A program made the translations under genes and the position numbers. A stretch of DNA of 14,460 bases, taken from positions 1 through 14,460 of the forward strand of contig NW_021825826.1 in the NCBI RefSeq assembly GCF_006345805.1, written 5' to 3'. This stretch comes from Octopus sinensis (taxonomy: Eukaryota). The notes under the pieces were generated by a model, which made no database searches, was not told the origin of the DNA, and worked only from the letters and a program-made list of their open reading frames with translations. Positions 1 to 8,984 of this stretch are shown here, piece by piece. Every line of letters starts with the position of its first letter. The first letter of the stretch is position 1.

Positions 1-104
1 ACAAAAAATATTCCAGCGGTCGCCAAATGAAATCTTACAATCTAGCGTTTTCCGAAAGTGAAAGTAGATACGCACACACGCCGAACATGGAAGAACTATA
101 TGAG

Positions 105-200
105 CGCGTGTGTGTGTGTGTTGCTGTGCACCTATGTGTGCGTGTGTGTGAGTTCGTGTGTGCGTGTGTGTGTGTGTGTGAGTTCGCGCGCGTGTATGTG
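105..200. repeat. Degenerate (GT)n microsatellite
   Basis: Interrupted gtgtgt/gcgtgt runs. Confidence 0.9.
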
Positions 201-360
201 CATATAGTTATATTGTCATCCACTGCCTGTCGTAATGACAGCATGGTCGCAGTTGCGTGTATACATACATGCTGTCGTATAAGAATCTATTTGTTTGCGT
301 ATGCATACACACATACATGTATATATATGGACATGTGTATACGCGTGTACATGTATGTTT

Positions 361-402
361 TATCTATCTATCTATCTATCTATCTTTCTATCTATCTATC
401 TG

Positions 403-437
<35 letters not shown>

Positions 438-571
438 ATCTATCTATCTATCTATCTTTCTATCTATCTATCTGTCTATCTATCTATCTATCCATCCATC
501 TTCTTCTATCTATCTTTCTATCTATATCTATCTATCTATCTATCTATCTATCTGTCTACTATCTATCTATC

Positions 572-639
<68 letters not shown>

Positions 640-704
640 CTATCTATCTATCCTATCTCTATCTATCTATCTATCTATCTATCCATCCATCTATCTATCC
701 ATCC

Positions 705-752
<48 letters not shown>

Positions 753-757
753 CTACC

Positions 758-830
<73 letters not shown>
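361..830. repeat. (TATC)n microsatellite, ~470 bp
   Basis: Near-continuous TATC units with TTTC/CATC/TGTC variants; source of the LSIY-type ORFs. Confidence 0.97.
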
Positions 831-844
831 GTGTATCGGTTTGT

Positions 845-1267
845 GTGTCTGTATATAGACATATGTAAATCTATATACAAGCGTAAATACGTCTGCGTAT
901 ATATCATGTGTGCACGCATACATAACATACATACATGCATGCATGCATACATACATATACACACACACATGTATATACTTATGCATATATATACACACAC
1001 ACACATATATATATATGTGAGTATATATATATATATTTATACAGACATACGTGTGTATGCATGTATGTATCTACATACGTATATATTGTATGTATGTAAG
1101 CATGTATGTATGAATTTATATATGTATGAACGTACGTATGTATATACATGCATGGGTGTATGTATATATATAAATCTGTTACATGTATGTTTGTATATGT
1201 ATATATATATTAATGTTTAAACGTACGTACATATATGTGCATGTGTGTATATATATATGTGTGTATG

Positions 1268-1304
<37 letters not shown>

Positions 1305-1305
1305 A
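845..1305. repeat. Mixed degenerate (TA)n/(CA)n/(TATG)n/(TG)n tract
   Basis: Alternating purine-pyrimidine low-complexity sequence throughout. Confidence 0.85.
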
Positions 1306-1347
1306 TTATAAATACCCGTCGAATGTAAATAATATAAGTAATATAAA

Positions 1348-1417
1348 TAAGGCAGTGCTCCAGCATGGCCACAGTCAAATGACTGAAACAAGTAAAAGAG
1401 TAAAGAGTAAAAGAGTA
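1348..1417 (+). mobile_element. 3' tail-only fragment of SINE family C
   Basis: aaggcagtgctccagcatggccacagtcaaatgactgaaacaagtaaaagagtaaagagtaaaagagta is the near-exact reverse complement of 4364-4447, the 3' end of the full copy, including the AAGAGTA-type repeat tail. Confidence 0.88.
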
Positions 1418-1456
1418 TGTTTGTTTGTGTATATATATATATATGCGTGCATTTGC

Positions 1457-1547
<91 letters not shown>

Positions 1548-1980
1548 TGTGTATAATATATATATATATATATATATATATGTCTGTGTGTGCATATATA
1601 TGTATTTATGTATGCATGTATATATATATATGTATGTATGTATATATGTATGTTTGTGTATATATTTGTAAGTGTGTATGTGTATATGTGTGTGTGTGTA
1701 TATATATATGTATTTATGTATGTATATATATATGTGTGTATGTATATATATATATGGGTATATATGCATGCGTGTTTATATATATATATGTCTGTGTGTA
1801 TATATATGTATTTATGTATGTATATATATGTATTTATGTATGAAAGTATATATATATATATATGTATGTATGTATATATGTATGTGTATATATATATATA
1901 AACGTGGGTAGTATGCGTGTATGTATCTATGTATGTTCGCATGCACGAATATACGTCCACACACACACACACACACACAT
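1418..1980. repeat. (TA)n/(TG)n/(TATG)n tract with long pure TA runs
   Basis: Pure (TA)n runs at ~1466-1495, ~1506-1541 and ~1557-1581; ends in (CA)n. Confidence 0.93.
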
Positions 1981-2289
1981 GGTATGCAAAGCATTGCGGC
2001 GATTAAAAGACTTACCTGGAAACACAAAACACAGGACCGTTCTTCTGTTCTTTGTCGCTCCGTGGTTTTCCTGGCAGACAGAATGAATCAGAAGAATTCG
2101 AAGAAGTAGCGAAAATACAAGCCGTGTCGAATGGTAAGGTAGTTCAAGTATCGTCTGCTTATTTAAGGAAATATGTTTTTTAAGCTTGGGCAGGGTGGAA
2201 GCAGGTTTAAGCAGGGCTTGAGAGAAGGCAGAGCGAAAAGCAGGGCCAGGCAGGATGCTAGGATATAGAGCGGTGTGTTTGGCTTTGTT

Positions 2290-2562
2290 AGATGGTGTTG
2301 GAGAGGAGAGAAGGAGAACGGGAGATTGGGAGAGATTGTGAGGGAGAGAAGGAGAGAAGGAGAGGGTTGAGGTGGATAAAGAATGAAGGGAAAATGGACA
2401 TGAGAGAGAGAGAGAGAGAGAAGTAGAGAGAGAGAGTGAGAGAGAGGGAAATAAGCCGAGAGAGACAAATGCAGAGAGAGATAGAATGAGAGAAAGAGAG
2501 AGAGGAAGAGAGAAGGAGAGAGTGAGAAGGAGAGAGAGAGAGAGAAGCTGAGAGTGAGAGTA

Positions 2563-2600
<38 letters not shown>

Positions 2601-3255
2601 AAGAAGCAGAGAGAGAGAGGCAGAGAGAGAGGGAAGCAGAGAGAGAGAGAGAGAAGCAGAGAGTGAGAGAGAGAGAGAAGCAGAGAGTGAGAGAGGGAAA
2701 GAAGCTGAGAGAGAGAAGCAGAGAGAGAGAGGCAGAGAGAGAGAAGCAGAGAGTGAGAGAGAGAGAGAATTTGAGAGGGAAAAAAGCTGAGAGAGACAAA
2801 TGCAGAGAGAGATAGAATGAGAGAGAGAAAGAGAGAGATGGATAAAGAATGGAGAGAAAATGGACGTGATGGAGAGAGAGACAAAGAGAGAGAGAGAGAA
2901 GCAGAAAGAGGCAGAAACATAGAAAGACAGAAGCAGAGAGAGATAGAGTGAAGAGAAAGAGAGAGAGTAGAGATAGATAAAGAACGGAGGAAAGATGGAA
3001 ATGAGAGGCAGAGAAGCAGAGAGGGGGAGAAGTAGAAAGAGACAGAAGCAGAGGAAGATAAAGTAAGGGAGGGAGGGGGAGGGAGAGAGAGAGAGTAAGA
3101 TAAAGTAAGGGAGAGAGGAGGAGAGATCCAAGCGTTTATCGACGGTTGTGGCTTTGGTAATGGACAGAAAAAAGAAGAAAGCCCAAGAGACAGATTGAGA
3201 GAGAGAGGGGGGAGAGAAATAGGGAGAGAGTAAGAGAAAGGTGAGAGAGAGAGTG
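2290..3255. repeat. GA-rich polypurine tract 1
   Basis: (GA)n with GAAGCAGA variants; a ~45-bp unit (..gagagacaaatgcagagagagatagaatgagaga..) occurs at ~2455 and ~2787. Confidence 0.93.
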
Positions 3256-3270
3256 ATAGATAGATAGAAA

Positions 3271-3318
<48 letters not shown>

Positions 3319-3411
3319 GGAGGAAGGGAGGGAGGCAGATAAACAGGCAGGCAGACAGACAGACTAACAGACAGAGAGAGACGGATAGATAGGTAGATAG
3401 ATAGAATAGAT

Positions 3412-3458
<47 letters not shown>

Positions 3459-3932
3459 GTAGGTAGAGAGATAGAGAGAGAGAGAGAGAGAATGAAGAAA
3501 GAGATAGATAGATAGACAGACAGACAGACGACAGGCAGGCAGGCAGGCAGGCAGATAGACAGACAGACAGACAGACAGACCAGACAGACAGATAGATAGA
3601 TTAATAGAAGATAGATAGAATAGATACTAGATAGAAGATAGATAGATAGGTAGGTAGAGATAGAGAGAGAGAGAGAGAGAGAAAGAGATAGATAGATAGA
3701 TAGACATAGAACAACGACGCAGGCAGGCAGGGGGAGCAGGAGATAGATAAAAGACAGACAGCAGACAGACAGACAGACACCGCAGATAGATAGAGAGATA
3801 GATAGATAGATAATAAGATAGATAGATAGATAGATATAGATAGATAGATAGAGAGAGAGATATGATAGATATAGATAGATAGTATGTAGATAGATAGATA
3901 GATAGAGATAGAGAGAGAGAAGAGAGAGCGAG

Positions 3933-3999
<67 letters not shown>

Positions 4000-4036
4000 T
4001 AGATAGACAGATAGATAGATAGATATGTAGATACAC
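3256..4036. repeat. (GATA)n/(GACA)n/(GGCA)n compound microsatellite
   Basis: Tetranucleotide arrays interleaved with (GA)n. Confidence 0.95.
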
Positions 4037-4108
4037 ATAGAGAGAAAGAGTTACATAGAAAGAGAGAGAGCGGAAGAGAGAGAGGGAGGGAGAGAGATGG
4101 GAGAGTTA

Positions 4109-4180
4109 TACAGCTGTACCTCGTTTTACGCGGTGTTCGCTCAGGCGGGACTCGGTTTATACGGTTTAATTTAACGCGTT
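4109..4180 (+). mobile_element. Putative pogo/Tigger-like terminal fragment, copy 1
   Basis: TA followed by CAGCTGTACCTCGTTTTACGCGG, plus repeated TCG(G/T)TTT..ACG(C)G submotifs; resembles Tigger-type ends from memory. No inverted partner end seen. Confidence 0.45.
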
Positions 4181-4259
4181 AAAAGTTTTTTTTTTTTTTG
4201 GAGGTTGGAGTATTTATTATCTTGAATCGTTTACTTGCTTCAGTCAGTGCATGACAGGG

Positions 4260-4319
4260 CAGGGTACAACAGGGTACAACAGGGTACGACAGGGTACGAC
4301 AGGGTACGACAGGGTACGA
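4260..4319. repeat. 10-bp minisatellite (CAGGGTACRA)x6
   Basis: Two CAGGGTACAA units then four CAGGGTACGA units. Confidence 0.95.
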
Positions 4320-4363
4320 CAGGGCAGAGCAGGGATGAGTTTAGGCAGAGGCTGGAAGCGGGC

Positions 4364-4590
4364 TTACTCTTTACTCTTTACTCTTTACTCTTTTACTCTT
4401 TTACTTGTTTCAGTCATTTGACTGCGGCCATGCTGGAGCACCGCCTTTTAGTCGAGCAAATCGACCCCGGGACTTATTCTTTTTGTAAGCCCAGTACTTA
4501 TTCTATCGGTCTCTTTTGCCGAACCGCTGTGTGACGGGGACGTAAACACACCAGCATCGGTTGTCCAGCAATGCTAGGGGGACAACACAG

Positions 4591-4627
<37 letters not shown>

Positions 4628-4629
4628 CA

Positions 4630-4670
<41 letters not shown>

Positions 4671-4843
4671 TACATATATACGACAGGCTTCTTTCAGTTT
4701 CCGTCTACCAAATCCACTCACAAGGCTTTGGTCGACCCGGGGCTACAGTAGAAAACACTTGCCCAAGATGCCACGCAGTGGGACTGAACCCGGAACCATG
4801 TGGTTGGTAAGTAAGCTACTTACCACACAGCCACTCCTGCGCC
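4364..4843 (-). mobile_element. Full-length tRNA-derived SINE, family C
   Basis: Minus strand starts GGCGCAGGAG, then A-box-like TGGCTGTGTGG, B-box-like GGTTCAGTCC, CTTGGGCAAG motif, internal TA/TG microsatellite (4587-4680), 3' body and (AAGAGTA)-type tail. Confidence 0.9.
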
Positions 4844-4879
4844 TATGGTGGATAAAATAATATATACACTTGGATTTGA

Positions 4880-5635
4880 ACAAGAAAGAGAAAAACGACA
4901 AAGGGAGGATAGCAAGGGAAGATAGGATTACTTGAAAAAGAAAGGGAAAGGGAGAAGCGGAGTAGGAGAGAGGGGAGATAGAGAGAAGTGATAGAGAGAG
5001 GGGCAGAGAGAAGAGGGAGAGAGAAACGGGGGAGAGGGAGGGGGAGAGTGAATGAGGGAGTGAGTGAGAGAAAGCAGAGAAAGTGAGGGTAGACAGAGAA
5101 GAGAAAGAGAGGAGATGAAGAAGAGAAAGAGAGAGAAGAGAAAGAGAGGAGAGAGAAGAGAAAGAGAGGAGAGAGAGAAGAGAAAGGGAGGGGAGAGAGA
5201 AGAGAAAGGGGGAGAGAGAGAAGAAAAGAGAGGAGAGAGAGAAAAGAAAGAGATGAGAGAGAGAAGAGAAAGAGAGGAGAGAGAAGAGAAAGAGAGGAGA
5301 GAGAGAAGAGAAAATGAGGAGAGAGAGGAGAGAGAGAAGAGAAAGAGAGGAGAGAGAGAAGAGAAAATGAGGAGAGAGAGAAGAGAAAGAAGAGAAGAGA
5401 GAGAAGACCAAGAGAGAGAGAGAAGAGAAAGAGAGAGAAGAGAAAGAGAGGAGAGAGAGAAGAGAAAGAGAGAGAAGAGAAAGAGAGAGAAGAAAGAGAG
5501 AAGAGAAAGAGAAGAGAGAGAGAAGAGAAAGAGAGGAGGGACAGGGGCAGAAAGAGAGGGAGAGAGAAATAGAAGAGTGAAAGTGGGAGCGAGAGAAAAA
5601 AAGAGAGCGAGAATGAGAGAGAAAGAGTGAGAGTC

Positions 5636-5676
<41 letters not shown>

Positions 5677-5790
5677 CCACCAGTTTATCAGTATGGACTA
5701 AAAGATGAAGATATCGCAAGCGATAGATAGAAGGATAGACAGAGAGAGGGGGAGAAGGAGAGAGAGGAGGGGAGTGAGAGAGAGAGAGAG
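4880..5790. repeat. GA-rich polypurine tract 2
   Basis: Almost pure A/G on + over ~5100-5540, built from GAGAGAAGAGAAAGAGAGGA-like units; source of the R/E-rich and L/S-rich ORFs. Confidence 0.93.
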
Positions 5791-5793
5791 TTA

Positions 5794-5865
5794 TACAACT
5801 GTTCCTCGGTTAACGCGGTGTTTGGATAAGGCGATGTTCGTTTTGTACGGTTCCACTTTAACACG
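5794..5865 (+). mobile_element. Putative pogo/Tigger-like terminal fragment, copy 2
   Basis: TA followed by CAACTGTTCCTCGGTTAACGCGG; 5786-5822 matches 4101-4137 at 33/37 positions. Confidence 0.45.
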
Positions 5866-5891
5866 TTTTATGCGGGCTGAAGGTAGAGGTA

Positions 5892-6105
5892 TCTTTTATC
5901 CTTTATCTCTTCCTTGCTTCAGACATTGGACTGAGGCCATGCTGGAGCACGACGCCAGCACTTATAAGTCTAGACTTTGTAAGTCTAGTATTCACTCCAG
6001 CGATTTGCTTTGCCGAACCGCTGTGTTACGTTTGTTATGAACGTAAACAAAGCAACACCGTAAGTCAAACCGGGGAGGTGGGGGCAAACACAAAAACACA
6101 CATAT
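5892..6105 (-). mobile_element. Diverged 3' half of SINE family C
   Basis: cttgcttcagacattggactgaggccatgctggagcac, tttgtaagtctagta, tttgccgaaccgctgtgttacg and acgtaaaca are collinear with 4400-4590. Confidence 0.8.
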
Positions 6106-6356
6106 ACTTTCATGCAAACATATATGGCTCAGTGGTTAGGGTGTTTTGGGATTCACAGTCATGAGGTTGTGAGTTCGATTCCCAGACCGGGCTGTGTGTT
6201 GTGTTCTTGAGCAAGACACTTTATTTCACGTAGCCCCAGCTCATTCACCTGTAGAAACGAGTCGTGATGTCACTGGTACCGAGCTGTTTCGGCCCCTTTG
6301 CTTTCTCCCTTGGATAACATCAGTGGCGTGGAGACGGGGAGACGGAGTGACTGGTA

Positions 6357-6498
6357 GTCGACTTTGCCTTTCATCATTTCGAGGTCGATAAATTAAGTAC
6401 CAGTTACGCACTGGGGTCGATGTAATCGACTTAATACCTATGTCTGTCTTTGTTTGTCCCCTCTGTGTTTAGCCCCTTGTGGGTAATAAAGAAATAGG
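6357..6498 (+). mobile_element. 5'-truncated SINE family A
   Basis: gtcgactttgcctttcatc ... agccccttgtgggtaataaagaaata is collinear with the 3' part of 12080-12311. Confidence 0.88.
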
Positions 6499-6533
6499 TA
6501 TTCATGGGTGACTGTTGGTCTTCCATTAAACAA

Positions 6534-6623
6534 CCTGTTTCTTTATTTCCCACAAGGGGCTAAACACAGAGGGGACAAACAAGGACAGACAAAGGGATTA
6601 AGTCGATTATATCGACCCCAGTG
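6534..6623 (-). mobile_element. 3' tail fragment of SINE family A, inverted
   Basis: Its reverse complement matches 6409-6498 at 84/90 positions. Confidence 0.88.
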
Positions 6624-6625
6624 TG

Positions 6626-6748
6626 CAACATGGTTCTAGGTTCGGTTCACAGCATGGCACCTTGGGCAAGTATCTTCTATTATAACTCAGGCCAACCAAA
6701 ACCCTGTAAGTTGATTTCGTTGACGGAAACTGGAGGAAACCCGTCGTG

Positions 6749-6795
<47 letters not shown>

Positions 6796-6850
6796 TCCGG
6801 CAGCACCTGACAACCGGTATTGGTTTGCTTACATCCCCGTGATAGCAGTT
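6626..6850 (+). mobile_element. Partial diverged SINE family C
   Basis: catggttctaggttc..ggcaccttgggcaagtatcttctat..gacggaaactg..ccgtcg, then (GT)n, then gacaaccgg..ttacatccccgtga; collinear with the reverse complement of 4530-4805. Confidence 0.8.
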
Positions 6851-6867
6851 ATTTTTTATTTCTTCAT

Positions 6868-6908
<41 letters not shown>

Positions 6909-6983
6909 TCCGGCAGCACCTGACAACCGGTGTTGGTTTGCTTACATCCCCGTGATAGCAGTTATTTTTTTATTTCTTCATTG
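6794..6983. repeat. 76/77-bp direct duplication separated by (GT)n
   Basis: 6794-6869 and 6907-6983 differ by one substitution and one T. Confidence 0.92.
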
Positions 6984-7292
6984 CCCACAGGGGGCTAAAC
7001 ATAGAGGGGACAAACAAGGGATTAAATCGATTACATCGACCCCAGTTCGTAACTGGTACTTATTTAATCGACCCCGAAAGAATGAAAGAAATTTCGGCAC
7101 AAGACCAGTAAGTACAGGGGATTAAGCCGATTACATCGCAATCAGGGTTCAAGTGGTAATTAGTTTATCGACCCCGAAAGGATGAAAGGCAAAGTTGACC
7201 TCGGCGTAATTTGAACTCAGAACGTAACGGCAGACGAAATACGGCTACGCATTTCGCCCGGTGTGCTAACGTTTCTGCCAGCTCGCCGCCTT
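6968..7292 (-). mobile_element. SINE family A, two stacked segments (~7089-7292 with head; ~6968-7088 3' part)
   Basis: Minus strand starts aaGGCGGCGAGCTGGCAGAAACGTTAGCAC with B box GAGTTCAAATT; the block tttcggggtcgat occurs twice. Confidence 0.85.
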
Positions 7293-7619
7293 ATACATTA
7301 AACAATCTTGCCCAGGTTTGGGCCTCAGAGGGAAACTTCCTAGGTGCAACCCCATCGTCAACCACGACCGAAAAGGCTCTTTACCCGTTTATATACATAC
7401 ATACACAAGCACACACATATCAATTTAATACAAAACCGAACTGAGTAACTAATAACCATGCTTTTATGATACTTAAGGAGTAAAAAGTTTTGGTGATTTT
7501 TACCTCTATTGGATCTGTAAAAAAATATATATATATATATATATAATATTAATAAATGAAACATATGCATATATATATACATATATGTACGTACCAACCT
7601 CTACATGTATATATACACG

Positions 7620-7955
7620 CATATATGAGTACAGGACACCAAAAAAAACGTCGAACACAATGAGAAACGAAAAGATAGACACAAACCCAAGGAACTGGAC
7701 ATTTTTTTAAACAACAAAAAAATAGAGTACAGGACAATTAACACAAAGAAAACCCCTCTTCAGTCGCCATGGTTTCATCTACTCTACGTTTCGAAGGTGA
7801 AGGCGAGACGTATCTTCGATAAGAAACTTTCCTTCCTGCGAAAAAGCAAATCAATTAAAATTTGAGATCTTTTCGCAGAGGGGTAAAAATGGTAACAAAA
7901 ACAGGACAGTAACGACAGTACAAAATATAAGCGGTAAAAGACAGGACAAGGAAAT
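7620..7955 (-). other. Unclassified A-rich repeat-like remnant, possibly Penelope-like
   Basis: GAGTACAGGACA at 7627 and 7725, ACAGGACA at 7901 and 7941; CGAAACGT and CGACTGAAGA on the minus strand. Family assignment is inference only. Confidence 0.3.
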
Positions 7956-7973
7956 ATATATATATACATACAT

Positions 7974-8310
7974 GAGACCCCCTTCGGTTATGACTGACCA
8001 TGGGATTGCACCTAGAAAGTTACCCTCCCAGACACAAGTCTGGGCAAGGTTGTTTATGGAAGACCAGCAGTCGTCCATTCATACCAGCCTCCCCTCTCCA
8101 CGCCACTGGTGTTATCCAAAGGAAAGGCAAAGGGGCCGATACAGCTTGGCACCTGTGACATCACAATTCATTGCTACATGCTGAGTGAACTGGAGCCTCA
8201 TGAAATAAAGTGTCTTGCTCAAGAACACAACACGCAGCCCAGTCCGCGATTCGAACTCACAACCTCACGATCGTAAGCTCGACACTCTAACCACTAAGCC
8301 ATGCGCCTTC
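7974..8310 (-). mobile_element. Full-length tRNA-derived SINE, family B
   Basis: A box TGGCTTAGTGG (8291-8301), B box GAGTTCGAATC (8248-8258), CTTGAGCAAGACACTT motif; ACATACAT on both flanks (7966-7973, 8311-8318). Confidence 0.9.
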
Positions 8311-8362
8311 ACATACATACATACATACATACATACATACATACATACATACATACATACAT
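8311..8362. repeat. Perfect (ACAT)13
   Basis: 52 uninterrupted bases. Confidence 0.97.
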
Positions 8363-8364
8363 AA

Positions 8365-8880
8365 AAAAGGGAATACAAAAATAGGATAAGAACGCAAAAC
8401 ATCCAGACAGATGGTACAAAAAAGGGACAAGAGAAAATATGGACGGGTCATTCGAAATTTTCTTTCTTCAGTCGAGTTCCAGATTATCTTTGCAATTTCG
8501 GCTGGTTATACACAAGATTGCTCCAATCTGGCCACCCTCAAGGAAAAACTAAGCTAAGAGCATTAGATTCCTTGGAAGAAAGCAACGAATGTACACGAAA
8601 AAAATGGACGGGAAAAAACGGAGAAATGGTACACAAATACAAATACAAAAAAAGAGGACATAACAACTGGTGTCTTTCGACTAAGGATGAATTAAATTAA
8701 GCTGCCGTGTGTGGAAGTGAAGCCTTACAGCAGGGGTATGGGGATGAATATAGTTGTTGCATGGATGGTAGTCGAACCAAGAAAGGTCGGGCTTGGCCGA
8801 ACACTGGTTATAAGGGGAGAGAGAAGAGAGGTTGAGACAGAGGGACAGAAGAATTAGGGAGGGACAAAAAAAAAAGGGCG
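8365..8880 (-). other. Unclassified A-rich repeat-like remnant, possibly Penelope-like
   Basis: Composition resembles 7620-7955, shares the exact 10-mer TCTTCAGTCG, and has a hammerhead-like fold at 8475-8550. No recognisable ORF. Confidence 0.3.
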
Positions 8881-8881
8881 A

Positions 8882-8921
<40 letters not shown>

Positions 8922-8984
8922 CAGAAACAACAGAGTGACTGAAGGTCCGAGAGTTTCGTGCGTCGGTACTTAAAAACTATAAAT

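Larger units (their letters stand above)
6125..7380 (+). mobile_element. SINE family B split into three pieces (6125-6356, 6497-6533, 7296-7380) by nested insertions
   Basis: A box TGGCTCAGTGG (6125-6135) and B box GAGTTCGATTC (6171-6181); all three pieces are collinear with the reverse complement of the intact copy at 7974-8310. Confidence 0.82.

Noticed and set aside
361-830. Flanking duplication around the first (TATC)n array
   Set aside because: No direct repeat beyond a few low-complexity bases, so it does not support the tail-insertion model.
27-1978. Long ORFs (397, 253, 203, 202 aa and others)
   Set aside because: Translations of TATC/TA/TG repeats (LSIY, YIYI, CVCV); these motifs lack stops in several frames.
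4260-4319. CRISPR-like or telomere-like array
   Set aside because: Contiguous 10-bp units with no spacers, no cas genes, eukaryotic context; not a TTAGGG-type repeat.
4235-4534. 99-aa ORF with QGTTGYDRVR repeats
   Set aside because: Reads through the 10-bp minisatellite into an antisense SINE tail.
2163-5719. L/S/F-rich minus-strand ORFs up to 582 aa and the R/E-rich plus-strand ORFs (2554-2790, 5064-5630)
   Set aside because: Products of GA/CT tracts; no domain-like sequence.
6125-6200. tRNA genes (also 4770-4843, 8240-8310, 12080-12170)
   Set aside because: A/B boxes are present but each runs into a SINE body, and I could not build a full cloverleaf.
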